A stretch of 64,000 nucleotides of DNA from Diplonema japonicum. Taxonomy: Eukaryota; Protista; Euglenozoa: Diplonemea. Below, one piece after another: positions 11,201 to 23,100 of the stretch. Positions within the stretch are counted from its first letter, which is position 1. Each line of letters begins with the position of its first letter. The notes beneath the pieces were generated by a model, which did not search any database, had not been told where the DNA came from, and saw only the letters and a program-made list of their open reading frames with translations. The position numbers and the translations under genes were made by a program. The stretch is from contig OZ025658.1 in assembly GCA_964019335.1 (NCBI GenBank), forward strand, positions 496,001 to 560,000, read 5' to 3'.

Positions 11201-11993
11201 ACACGGAGACGAGTCCTGGGTGGAGGTTCACAAGCTACTGTTCGACGGCTACAAGAAGGACAAGGCGTGGTTCCTCTCACTGGAGTTGGGCATCACCATG
11301 CTTCTAGGCATCGCACAAGCATGGGAACCAGAGACAGCAGGTCAATGCCAGGTGAAGGGTATCGTCGGGACAATTCTACTGTTCATTTTGTTAATGGCGC
11401 TCCTCCTCTTGCGGCCGTACCTGGCCATCTACGAGGCTGTGATGGATGTACTGGTGGTGACGGTAGAGCTGGTCATGACAGTGTGCATTGTGATAGCACT
11501 CAACACGGATAAGCCAGATGAACATTGGTCGGGGATTGCAGCCGGACACATGGCAATGGCTGCGATGTATCTGATCCTCGCCAAGTTTGTGATGGACAAC
11601 ACCATCTTCGTGATTGACGAGTACACTGCTTGGAAGCAAGGAGGGTCGGGGAGCTTCATAAGGCACTTACTGTGTTGTGGCAACAGCCTGTCGCGGGATA
11701 AGATCACGTGGGACAAGTTTCAAAAGGCCATCGATGAAGAGAAGGAGCTGGAGGAAGGCAACTATGTGGATCTCAGCAGCTCTGAAGCGTCTTATCAAGC
11801 CTACCCGCAGCTCAGTCAGTCCCTACCAGCTAAATCATACCATATTCCCCCCCTGCCTCCGCCTCCGTCCCTGCAGGGCGGTCCCGATGTTTCCTATTCT
11901 AGGATTCCCAAGGTCGCATCCGCTCCTCATATTCGCGCTAAGAGCATCCGTGGTTCTCCTAGAGGTGCACCACGCAATATTTGTAGGTTGTGA
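8298..11993 (+). CDS. Cell-surface receptor-like protein: signal peptide, LamG/ConA-like lectin domain, Pro/Thr mucin stalk, Cys-containing domain, multi-pass TM C-terminus
   Basis: ATG 8298 (MERRAVLLVLLV); LVLYMPFNGN..D.SGN, AYSFDG.DD, WFHLAGTW, IDEVRVYNRVL (LamG_3-like); about 8 hydrophobic segments after ~10590. Confidence 0.85.
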   Translation: MERRAVLLVLLVQSWVAVGTLNNGLVLYMPFNGNTQDESGNSNHGTSSGSPTLVADKYGNANSAYSFDGTDDKIDIPDAASLQLNGAFSFACWATQDRAGTASWPPAVLGHSTQSSPYPWRYVAALRVDNSNTLQFVVTSEEASSGWKAASNGGTTPSAGTWFHLAGTWNPTTKTAIFYLDGTEVNRFTQDPITRIQFDDGIKIGHYPRENSWWKGMIDEVRVYNRVLTDQEVFLLTVAPTDAPDTAAPATPAPDTPAPDTPAPDTPAPDTPAPDTPAPDTPAPDTPAPDTPAPDTPAPDTPAPDTPVPDTLAPDTPAPDTLAPATPAPDTPAPDTPAPDTPAPDTPAPATPAPDTPAPDTPAPDTPAPDTLAPPTPAPPTPAPPTSAPDTPAPPTPAPPTLAPPTPAPPTPAPPTNAPPTPAPPTPAPPTPAPPTLAPPTLAPPTPSPPTPAPPTLSPSTPAPDTMAPPTAIPTAQPTAAPSTNVPRTFAPFTAAPETDVPITDVPPSLSPDTRAPSTSAPDTRPPSTSAPRTALPPTFGPPTPMPTDETDAPSTPVPRVEGKGKTYLELGTMRVTSKDIQNNGGVMEIKLNGGTVMKWEAKYLSVLVKYPGGEVLCTASEEPMMCDGRACVVLETDTKDGDSPYGLASLVQKDLSIVTAELVKRDTSVADALNGTDVIRLVVKSTEFRAYSPNSEQLKISVAGGMFERETMGDLCKLSEADRSETMLVCDCGKATCEASVKLESQTKIPNSEEAETVRETSAAAIVAASVFMPASPTTGGAVTRMSLLLKTMYCPSDGPTKMDRTLNPLGLTIGKKQTEEVNGALVGSIALQAGFLLLCGVLVYCISLRQGRKGDRAHGMDDPTLERHGQSWIYIMARARVGWVLVPVVFLYGGAILSGTGALLYSSVGMKLAGVADLLAFGCGFLYYVFMTGRRAALHAEVHPTNPTSTLTRVFWGESEWVSKPQHGDESWVEVHKLLFDGYKKDKAWFLSLELGITMLLGIAQAWEPETAGQCQVKGIVGTILLFILLMALLLLRPYLAIYEAVMDVLVVTVELVMTVCIVIALNTDKPDEHWSGIAAGHMAMAAMYLILAKFVMDNTIFVIDEYTAWKQGGSGSFIRHLLCCGNSLSRDKITWDKFQKAIDEEKELEEGNYVDLSSSEASYQAYPQLSQSLPAKSYHIPPLPPPPSLQGGPDVSYSRIPKVASAPHIRAKSIRGSPRGAPRNICRL
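9011..9700 (+). repeat. 15-bp coding tandem repeat (PAPDT, switching to PAPPT)
   Basis: Directly visible GCACCTGACACN-type units; it also generates the long spurious antisense GAGVS ORF. Confidence 0.95.
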
Positions 11994-14900
11994 CACTAAT
12001 CTTTTTATTTAAAGCGTAGTCTGGAAGAAAAAAAAAATAGGGAAAAAAAATACCGTACTGTGTACTGTGTACTGGACTGTGCGTATCGCAGGAATGAAGT
12101 TACACCATGAGGCAGTGAGCCACTCACTTCCAAAAGAGAAAAAAAAAGCTGAGGAGGAGAAAGAAGAAAAGTTGCCTTGCTTTATTTATCGAGAAAAAAA
12201 AAAGATTTTTTTTTTTTTTTTTTTACGAGCCATCAACGGGCAACCGTAACTTTCAATTTCTTTTGGACAGCAAGACTTTTGGCCAATCCAAAGTGGGAAA
12301 CGACCTCCCCTCAAGCGAGCTTTTTTTTTTTATTTTTTTTATTATTTTGGTGTGATTTCATTTCTGCAATACGTGAGTAAAGGAACCAGTTGAGTACAGT
12401 ACTTTTTTTTTTTTCCATTCGAACGGTTCCCTATTCGTGGAACACTTCACAATGAGGTTTAACTCTCCGCCCCCCACCCCTTTCTTATAGTTTTGGGACT
12501 TGGGGGGGAAAAAAATACCCCCCCCTCGATCCCTTGCCCCCTTATCCCTCCCTACCATAACTTCATCTTCCTACTTGCAAGAAGTCGCGCTGAATTCGTT
12601 CTCTCCCTCGTCTCCTTTTCTATTTTTTTTATTACATATTTTTTTCTTACAAATGTGGGCCATCCTTTATGGGGACCACTCGTGGTTTTTTTTTTTTTCT
12701 TTTTTTTTTCTCGACCACAACAGTTGCAAGGTTGATGACAGCCTGTTGAGTAGATAGTTCTAGGAGAAGGTTTTTTTTTTTTCTCTTTTTTTTAATCTCT
12801 TTTTTTTTTTATATTGTATTTTACAAGTACTGCTCAGTTTCTTGTAAGAGCAAAAAGAAAAAAAAAAAGAAAAAAAAAAAAAAGAAGTAGTGGTAGCATG
12901 CAGTATTTCATCCCAGGATTTTTGCCGTGTGCACAACACAAAATACTAAAAACCAACTCTTATTTGTCATTTTTTTTAATGTCGTTTTAAAATGTCGCGT
13001 ATAGTCTTTATTTGAACAAAGACTTCTATTCCTTCTTCCCCCCTCTTTTTTTTTTCTTTGTGCTATTTTGTTTGCACAATGCTGATGTGGTGTTTTTTTT
13101 TTTTTTTTTCCCTTTTTTTTTTTTTTTTTTCCTCGCACTGTCTCTCTTTATATTCTTCCTTTCTTCTCGTTTTTTTTCTCTCTTCAACTTTCAATGTCCC
13201 CCTCCCCTCCCCCTGACTCTCCTTTCGACTCTTCGTTCGGTGCCCCAGAAAAGTTCTCCGGCACAAAATACCTATGGGCGTTGTATCCACCCTTGGTGGT
13301 CCAACCTGCCTACCACCCCACCCCAAGAGGTGGAGTGTGTAAAAAAAAAAAAGAAAAGAAAATAATAAGCTCCTTGTTCATTTTTTTTTTTTTTTTTTTT
13401 TTTTGCTTTAGTTTTTTGTTTCCGTATTGTGTTGTATTGTGCATTGTTGAATATCAACAAGGGAAAAAAAAAAAAAAAAAAAAAAATGATTTGCAAAAAT
13501 GGAGCAAGGAAAAAAAAAAGAAAGAAAAAAGAGCACTAAGAAGGAGAAATGTGAAAAACTGTGCGGTGTTGTGACTCCCTGTTGTTTGTGGTGTTTAGGA
13601 TTTAAAAATCTTCGTTTTTAATTTTTTTTTTTTTTTTTTTTATATACATCCATTCATGAGAAGTTGAAGATGAAGAAGGAAAAAAGAAGAAAAAAACCTT
13701 TTAAAGATGAGGACATATGTGCAAAAAAAAAGTAGAAAACAAAAAAAATTACAAAAAAAAAGCAATTTAATGTAGAAAAGAGAGGGGGGGGTTTCTCCCC
13801 CCCCCCCCTCCCGTCGTTTGTTCCTCTTGAAATAGAGAAGAATATTATTCTATAAATGAGAATCGAAAAAAAAAAAGAATTAAAATAAAATTCTAAAGAA
13901 GAAAAAAAAAAACACTTGTACTTGGTTTCCTTTTCTCCCCTTTTTTTTTTCTTTATTCATATGGGAATGCTCACATTTTATTTCCCCCCCCTCGCCCCCC
14001 TTCCCTGGAACAACCAAGAAGAAGTTGTCATGTGGTGCTCTATCTCTCCGGATTTACGTACGTGCGCGCACCGAGCGCAAAAATAAACTTTTCTGGTTGT
14101 TTTTTTTTTTTTTTTTTTTTTTCTTTTTTCCTTCGCGCGTCTTGGAAGGACAGCAAGAAGATTACCGGGGGGAAAACATAAATGTGTCGCAGGCGATTAT
14201 ACGCTCCTTTCAATAGGAGCCCCCCCCCTTTTTTTTCCATTCTTTTTTTTTTCCCCCTCCTCCCCCTTGGTGCTGAAACTTCAAAATAATACCTTTTTCG
14301 TGTTCGGGTGCCGTGGAGGGTGATAACCACCCGATTTGGTATTTGTATCGGTCCCCCCTCTTTTTTCATTTTTTATGTGGTTTCCTGTGTGTCCATTAGT
14401 TTCTTGTATTTGTTTTTTGAACTGAACGACATAGAAAACGAAGAAATCCCCCCCCTCCCCCCACGTACCATCAAAGTAATGTCGCATGGCCCTTTAAGCC
14501 ACGACCGTAAGAAGAAAAAAAAAACTCTTTTCACCCAGATATCTTTCACCCATATTGTTTTTTTTTTTGAAAAGAAAAAAAAAATAATAATGAAGCATAA
14601 TTTAACTCGAGCTTCCCGACTTTCTTTTTCCCTTCATTACAAAAGAAAAAAAAAAAAAAAAAGCGGTACAAAAAAAGTTAAATTATGGCTCATCTGGCAT
14701 TCGTCGTTCGTACTTGACACGTGTACTAGTAATCTGGTTGGGAAAAATAAAATGAAAAAATAAAAAAATAAAAAAATAAAAAACCTTTTCGGACACCAGT
14801 TCAAATTATCGAATCCTTTTTTTTCGTTGCTAACCACTTCGCTTCCTATCGTAGGGAATCTTTTTTTTATTTTATCCCCCCCCTCCTTCTTTTTTTCCCT

Positions 14901-15217
14901 CCTAACTCCTTTTTTTTTAAAGCCGAAGGGGAGGGGGTGTAAAAAAAAATAACTTTCTTAAAGTATTTTTTTATCTCGCACATCAACCAACCCAACGGCC
15001 TTTTTCTTGGGAAAGAAAAAAAAATATAGGGTAAAAAAAAAAAAACGAAAACAGCCAGCATTAAAAAAACAAAGGAGACTGATCCTAAAAAAAAAAAAAA
15101 TTGGGCTAATACGTATTTTTTTTTTCCCCCCCGCTCCCCTTTTTTTTTATCTCCCCCCACAGTGTATTTTTTTTTTTTACCCCTTCCACCCTGCTGTTTT
15201 TTTTAAGAAAAATCTAG

Positions 15218-15253
<36 letters not shown>

Positions 15254-16150
15254 ATGGCAACCCTACTGGTTCCGAATAAACAGCGAAACTATACAAAAAA
15301 AGCAAACCCGAGAGAAAGGAAGCAACTCGGAAAGGCTGAAAAACAAGCAATGCTGAAAGGGTTGAGACTCCCGCAAATAAACGCGGACTCAGTGCGCAGG
15401 GCAGAGGACCTCGTGTACAGAATGAAGAAACGCGAGCACCCGAAAATAAAAGGAAGGGTGAAGAAAAAGGACGCAACACTCGAAGCAACAACGACCCCAG
15501 GTGCAGGAACACAACAGAATAAAGAACAAACCCTCCCTTTCGACGAGCCACGCTACAAACAGCTCAGAACCCAGTTCGATGACCATGACACAGCAGGCGT
15601 AGAATGCCTCACATGGCAGCAGCTCACAAAACTCGCAGAAGCAGAATCTTACACAATCGACTACACTGTTTTCAAGAGAATCGACAAGGACCGAAGCGGG
15701 ACTGTCGATTTCAATGAAATGGTCAGGCTGTTCTACCCCAAAATCTCGTCAGCGGAACTAAAATGGGCAACGAAAAATTGGGGCCCTTGCATGAAACAGA
15801 AGGAGCTTGACAAGCCCATCGAAGTTCAATCCCAAGAGATCAGCCCCAGATCCTTGGATGAACTTAACTGTATTTTCCGTGTTTTATGCGGTACTTCCGC
15901 GGTTGCCACTGCCGAGCCCCTCCGGTTGGAAAAGTTGCAGTTGCAAACCTGTTTTTCCGACAACCCTCACATCACCGAGCAGGACCTGGACGATTTGTTC
16001 ACTGTGTACGGTCTATCCCTTCCCGGAACCTTGTCTTTCGAAGAGTTCGCCCACCTGATGAACGGTGTTGTGACGAGCGCGGGAAAAGACTACCAAAGTC
16101 ATATAAAATACTCGTTTGTCCCCAAACCTCTGCCGGCTCCCGAACTTTGA
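15254..16150 (+). CDS. EF-hand calcium-binding protein with basic N-terminus
   Basis: Canonical loop DKDRSGTVDFNE; degenerate loops DDHDTAGVECLTW and GTLSFEEF. Confidence 0.8.
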   Translation: MATLLVPNKQRNYTKKANPRERKQLGKAEKQAMLKGLRLPQINADSVRRAEDLVYRMKKREHPKIKGRVKKKDATLEATTTPGAGTQQNKEQTLPFDEPRYKQLRTQFDDHDTAGVECLTWQQLTKLAEAESYTIDYTVFKRIDKDRSGTVDFNEMVRLFYPKISSAELKWATKNWGPCMKQKELDKPIEVQSQEISPRSLDELNCIFRVLCGTSAVATAEPLRLEKLQLQTCFSDNPHITEQDLDDLFTVYGLSLPGTLSFEEFAHLMNGVVTSAGKDYQSHIKYSFVPKPLPAPEL

Positions 16151-16279
16151 AAATTATGGCGGCTTTCCAGCCCCTCCCCGGCCCCCCCCCCGTGTTGTTT
16201 CTTTTTTTTTTTGAATCCCCCCGTTGGAGACGTTATGTAAAAGTTGCAAGAGAAAAAAAAAAAACACACAAATAAAAAA

Positions 16280-16643
16280 ATGTCGGCATTGTCAGGACCC
16301 GAGCGCAAGCAGGCCATGGGCGCCATCGAGAAGGTATAAATATTTTATGGATGCTTGTTGCACATGACTTTCTTCATCAAAAAAAAAAAAAAAAAATCTT
16401 TCTTCACAGGCTCTTCAAGACTTCCTGAAGACTAAAGCGGCCGATTATGAGGATTCGTTCTACCACCCTGATTTGACGCTCATCAAGGGCACCAAGGACT
16501 GGACCCTCGCGGGTGTGGGCAAGCAGGCCGTGGTGGAAACCCCTTCAGGCGACAAGAAATTCACCCTCTCTGGGAAATTTGTAGCCACCGGCAGCGACTA
16601 TGGTTCCTACAAGCTCGACAACGCTGTGTTTGCTTGGGCATAG
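16280..16643 (+). CDS. Small spliced protein of unknown function (16280-16333, 16410-16643; 95 aa), absent from the ORF track
   Basis: A-run + ATG; AAG|GTATAA donor, CACAG acceptor, phase 0; open coding-like frame MSALSGPERKQAMGAIEK|ALQDFLK...NAVFAWA*. Confidence 0.7.
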
Positions 16644-17018
16644 GGGGAAACAGATAACTCGATAAGTGTGCAGTGCCCCCCCCCCTTTTTTTTTCTTCCC
16701 CTCCTTTACATATTTAATGGGTCCAGATTTTCTTAGATGGCAAACTGGGTTCCGCCACGTTCTCTTTTTTCTTTTTTTTTCCTTCTTTTTTTTCTCTCTT
16801 CCCCCCCCCCTCTTTTTTATTAACCCACTCCCCCCCCCCCCCCCTCGTTTCATCCAAACATTTATTCGTTTCCGCCCCACTGGCAAGTCTTTTTAAAAAA
16901 AACAAAACAAAAACAAAAAAAGCGGGAGGAGGATGGGCATCGTGTTGTTGCGGTTGTTGTGGTGTTGGCATACCTCGTTAAACAGTTAGCTTTCCTCGAG
17001 CGTGAAAAGAGACCTGGT

Positions 17019-17053
<35 letters not shown>

Positions 17054-17196
17054 CACCTCTTCTCGGTTATCACCCTGAGAGCCTTCTGCGATTTTTGTTT
17101 GACTTTTCTATTCTTTGAATAAAGAAACACACCGACAGACACACAAAAAAAAGGGGGTGTTACATTGAGAGAAAAGAAGAAGAAAAAAAAAGAATA

Positions 17197-20100
17197 ATGT
17201 CAGGCGAGGGCGCGGACCCTCCGGCGAGCGCAGGGCCCCCGCTCACATCCGAACAGCTGACGAACCACCTGCAGCTCCTGGCATTGCCCATTGCCATTGA
17301 AGGTGCCGAGGTAGCAGCGGCTGTCGCGCAGGACGCAAAACCCGACGCGGAAAATGCCGTCGAGAAGTTCCTGACAGAACAGGGGTCGGCGGCGGTACTG
17401 TTCATGTACAGCGACAGTGAACGGGCATGCAAGGTCACCGTGGAACCCAGGAAGGTAGAGAGCGCTGTACGTTCTGTTGTAGCGCTGGTGAAGACACAGC
17501 CCGACCTTCGGCTGGACGGGAACGTGCACCTATCGAAGCAAACATCTTGCACAGTACTCCCTTCAGGATCCCCCTTCAACATCTTTCTCCGTCTCATGCA
17601 ATCTGCCTTCGAACCCCTCCTCTCCGCCTTCGTGGAGGCAAACCCAAAGGACAGAAGGGAAAAGGCGGAAGTGATGCAATCTGTCGAAGAGCTCCTCGTG
17701 AACCTCTCCGACCAGTCCTCTATGAAGATCCCCCATGTTGATCTTGAAAAGTACATCCATGAGGCTGTGAAGCAGAAGTGCGACATGTACCCCGACAAGG
17801 CACCCGCCGAGATCACAGACGCCATCGCTGCAGAGAAGCAAACAGGAAGCGAGAAGTCTTGGGACACGGAGTTCATAAGTGTTATGTGGCGCATGTTCCA
17901 GCAGTGCGACAAGGACATCAAGGCGATGGTCGAGATGGAAGCGAAGAAGAAGAGCTCCGTCCTCACCAACGCAAGGGAGGAGATCAAGTTCTGGAGCAAC
18001 CTTCTGGAATCTGTTCTCGACTTGCAGAAGCAGCTGAACACCAAGGCGTGGCACGTGCAGTTCGACATCTTGAAGCGCGGCAACAAGATCTTCTTAAGCG
18101 GTGTGAACGGGCTTGAGCACGAGACAGGGATGCGCACCTGCATCAGCAACGTGAGGGATTACGTGAAGCTCTTCCAGGACTTCCCCATCAGCAAGCTGCA
18201 TCAGGCAAAGTCCATCGATCAGCTGCAGAACGCCGTCGAGGCCCTCTTCGACACTATGAGCAAGCACATCAAGCCTTCCCTGAAGTACCCCATCCCGCGT
18301 GCCATGAACCTCATCGACGCCGTAACGAGGGACTTCAACAAACAGCTGTTGAAGATTCTTTCGTCCGGTCTCCTTGGCATGGACTACGAGACCTTCGAGA
18401 CCGCAACCCGTGGGTGCGACGCACTCTTCAGCGACTGGACCACTAACTACAGGAGGTTCAACGAGTCCGCAAAACAAGCCGCGCGCAAGCAGTCCGGCTT
18501 CAAGCACATCCCCGAGAGGGTACAGATGGAGCACCTTCCCCTCAAGCAGCGTGTTGAGCAGGTCTTCGTCTTCAGAAGGGGCCACCAGAAATTCGTGCAA
18601 GTGCTGAAGGAGGTGATGCCGTCTGACGGCAGCGGGAAGGAGGGTCTGGACGCGCTGGAGGAGATGAGGAAAGCGTACAACGGAGTGAAGGAAGCGATGA
18701 AGGAGAGGCTGCTTGACGTGACGGACGCGGGGTCGATCCTTTGGGAAAGCGCGCACAGGGCTTATGAGGAGAGTGTTGACAAGGTGGAGCAACACATCAC
18801 AGAGAAGCTGCGCGAGAGGCTGAACGCCGCCGAGACAGCCATCGAGATGTTCAGAGTCTTCAGCAAGTTCAATCCTCTGACTTCCAGCAGACCCAAGATC
18901 AGATCCGCCATCCAGCAGTACCAAGCCAACCTTATCCAAAAGGTGAAACATGACATGGATGCGCTGAAAGAGAAGTTTACAGCGAAGTACGAGAACTCCG
19001 AAGCAAAGAGCATGTCGCGTGTAGGCAACCTCCCCGTGGTGTCGAGCAACATCATCTGGGCGAAGGCCATTGAAAGGCAGCTACAGACCTACATGAAGCG
19101 CGTGGAAGACGTGTACGGCAGGGGCTGGGACAGGCTGAAGAGCATGCGTAAGAAGTCTGACGGGACGCAGGGTACCGTGTCGGGGTACTGGACGCTCGAC
19201 GAACAGCTGGCAGAGTTCATCGGAGTGAAACAGACACAGATGGAGAAGAATGCTAGGGACTGCCTCTCTTCAGCTGGCTGGCTTCGCCTTGCTGACCAAC
19301 AGCAAACGTCTGAAGTGAAGGATTTAGAACTCCGCGTCATCGGGACTGCGATTGCCCTCGCCTTCCTCGACGTAGTGTTCCCCGACTGCAAGTCCGACTG
19401 GCAGACCCTCTTCGACGAAGGCAAGGAGTCCCTCAACAAGATGGAGAAGCAGCTCACGGTCGACGGCACCTACAACTCGATCAGATCTCTGCTGCAGGAC
19501 ATTGGCGTCGCCACACGCCACATGGAGGGGTCGCACCTCCGCAGCGAGGGTGAGGCCTTCAGGCAGAAGATCAACGAGAACATCGTGAAGCTGATGAACA
19601 CGTGGAACGCGGAGATGAAGCGGCTCATCAGGACGGAGTGGTCCATCTTCCAGTTCACCGACAAGAACACGTCTGATGTAGGCGACGATTCTAGCGTGGC
19701 TGGGAGGTCGAAGCAACGTGTTGACGTGCAGGGCAACATCTTTGACATCGTGAGCGGTGTGACGGGAGACTACCTTGAGGTGAACTTCAACCCTGGCATC
19801 GTGCAGCTCATCAAGGAGGTGCAGGCCATGCACTGGCTCAACTACATGCGGAACGTCGACTTCGAAATCGCGGAGACCGCCGTCGCCGCCAAGGACGCCT
19901 ACCCCCACGCCATGGCGCTGTGGGAGAGCACAAAACTCTTCCAAAGAGACGTCAAGAACGTGGACAAGGCACGCGCCATGCTCCTCGCCAAGGAGACGCA
20001 GAACGTCTACAAGCAGATCACGCAAGGCATGAGGCTGAAGTGGGAGCACGAGCTCGAACTCAACAAGGTCTCGAAATACGCAAAGACTCTGCACGAGGCC

Positions 20101-23100
20101 GTCGCAACACACCACAAGAGGCTCGAGGATCTGAACAAACGTTTCTTGGAGATCGAGAAGGCTGTGGAGACGCTGGAAAAGTGCGAGCCCAACGCGGAGT
20201 CGTTCAAGACAGCGCTTGAAAGCGTGCAGAAGGTGCTCGACGATCTTAACTTGGAGAAATTCAGCAACATGGGCTTCTGGGTGAAGGATCTAGATGAAAA
20301 GGTAGAACGCATCCTGACGACACGCCTGACGGAGGTCCTGAAGCAGTGGACATACCGGTTCATGAAGCTCGGGGACAGCGAAGAGACAACCGAGGGCGGT
20401 GGCACCGGCGGAGGGGAGGAGAAACCTCGAAACAGCAAAAAGGCCAGGTTCCACATGGAGCCTGTGGAGATCAAGATCAAGATCCACAACCGAGTGATGG
20501 TGCTCGAGCCCTCGATTGACCTTGCGCGTATGGAATGGACACAGCGCTTACAGGAAGTGCTCGGGTGGATTCTGAACGTGCCGAAGCTGCAAGCGTCACG
20601 ATACGACGACAGTCTGGCTGGAGTGGACCAGACTGGTGGGGTGCTCCCTGACACGTCGTACACAGCAGTGTTTGAGATGGTGGACTCTACTGTGGTTTAC
20701 AACGCCTTCAGCAAGATTGACAAACGCTGCACTGAGGCCTTCAAATACTTTGAAGACTGGATGAAGTTCCAGGCCTTGTGGGAGATGGAGCTGGACCGCA
20801 TCGTGGAGCTATGCGGGAGCGAACTGAGCCGATGGCTGAGTCTGCTCGGTGACATCAGCCAGTCTAAGAACATGATGGACACAAGCGAAGTGACAAAATC
20901 GTTCGGGGCCGTCGTAGTGTGCTACCAGAATGTGCAGGAGAAGGTGTCGAAGAAGTATGACGAGACGAACAAGAAGCTCCTGGAGAAGTTCATGGTGCTT
21001 CTAGGTGAGAAGAAGAAGGGCTTCTACGAGAACGTGCACGAGGAGCGCGAGGTGCTGGAGAGGATGGACTTCACGGCAGATTCGAAAAACAAGATCATGT
21101 TCTTGACACGCCTCCCGGCGATCCGGAAGAAGTGCCCTGTGTGGGAGAAAGAAATCGAACTCCTCGGAAAGGGAGAACACATGTTCAAGAAGCAGCACGT
21201 GCGGGATGACCAATTCCCCGAGGGATGGCTCTCGCACGAACGTCTACAGGGCGAATGGGGTGCATTCATCAGCGCTCTGGAGAACAGGAAAGCTGAAGTG
21301 GAGAAGGACAAGGACGAGCTGCAGACATATGTTGCAGACATGGACAAGGAGTGTGACGACAAATTCCAGCAGCTCAAGAAGGATTGGAACGCAAACAAAC
21401 CGGTGGAGGGGGCGAAGCCGGGAGAATCCATCAATGCAATCACTATCTTCGAAGGGAAGGCAACAGAGCTGAAAGAACAGTTCAACCTCATCTGCCAGGC
21501 GAAGGAAGCGCTTGGAATGGACGTGCGAGACATGGGGAAGATGGGCGCCTTGACAGACGACATCGACACTCTGAAGGGCGTGTGGGACAAACTGTACGGT
21601 GTGTACAAGGACCTGGACGAGTTAGGGGAGGTTTTGTGGAAGTCAGTCAACTCGCGCACGGTGTCCGGCTCGCTGCGCGGGTTGGAGACGAAACTGAAGA
21701 ACTTCCCAAGCAACATCCGCACCTACACGGCCTTCATCGACCTCAGCAACAAGATCGACGGGCTCATCAAGATCAACCCCATTATCGGAGACCTGTGCAG
21801 CGACAGCATCAAGGAGAGGCATTGGAACCAGATCGTACAGCTCGTCCCGAACGCAGACGGCTTCGGAAACATGAACACGCTGACCCTCGGGAAGGTGTGG
21901 GCTTGCGACCTTGTGAAGTACCAGAACGGGTTCCAACACGTGATCCGCCAAGCACAGGGAGAGATGGCGTTGGAGGAATTCTTGGCGCAGGTACGAAAGG
22001 CGTGGCAGGACATGGAGCTCGAGGTGGTAGAGTACCAGAAGAAGTGCCATCTCATCAAGGGATGGGACACGGTGAGCGAGAAGCTGTCCGAGCACATCAA
22101 CTCCCTGCAGTCCATGCGAATGAGTCCCTACTTCAAAGCCTTCGAGGAAGAAGGAACCACTTGGGAGGACAAGCTCACGAAAATCCAAAACCTGTTCGGT
22201 GTCCCAGAGGGCCACTGGTACGAAGTGCAGCGCCGTTGGGTGTATTTGGAAGGGATTTTCATCGGGAACCAAGACATCAAGCGTCAGCTTCCCAACGAGA
22301 CGCAAGCCTTCATGCGAGTGGACTCAGAGTTCAAGGGACTCATGCAGAAGGTGAAGCGTGCACCCTTCATCCTAGAGGCCTTTGCTATCCCTGGGGTGAC
22401 AGAGAAGCTCGGAGGTCTCCTGCGTTCCCTACAGGGTATCCAGAAAGCACTCGGGGACTACCTAGAGAGCCAGCGAAGGAACTTCCCGCGTTTCTACTTC
22501 GTCGGGGACGAGGACTTGCTCGAGATTATCGGGCACTCGAAGGAGCCGCAGGCGGTGCAAAAGCACTTCAAGAAGATGTTTGCAGGGATCTGCATGCTCG
22601 ACATCGACGACGAGGGAGAGGGTGCACCGCTTCTCAACAGCATGAAGTCCTTCGAGGATGAAGTGGTGGCTTTCACGAAGCCGATCAGTCTAATGCAAAC
22701 TCCGGCTGTGAACGACTGGTTGAAGGCGGTGCAGGAGAGAATGCAGGAGGCATTGCGGGTAGAGGGGGTAGAGGCAAGCAAGCAGATCGCCACTTTCTCT
22801 TCACAGCCGGAGAAGGGGCTGAGCGAATGGCTCCAACGCTTCCCTTCGCAGATTCTGGAGCTCGCGATCTTGACGGAGTGGACACGCCTTGTTGAAGAAC
22901 AGCTGAGGGGGCTGAAGGGAAGCCCGGACCTCGGGAAAGTGAAGGCCACTTGCATAACCATGCTGTCGGCACTGGCCGAGATGGTGCTGCATGTGTCGAA
23001 GGACCCGATCAGGAGAAAGAAGATCGAGCACCTGATCACATCTCTCGTGTACCAAAGAGACGCCTCAGGGAGGCTGGAGGACAAGCGCTGTGCATCAGCG

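Noticed and set aside
12000-15250. Many short K/F/P/G-rich ORFs in spacers
   Set aside because: Translations of homopolymer runs with no coding signal. The 13194-13330 segment looks slightly more complex, but no credible gene model could be built.
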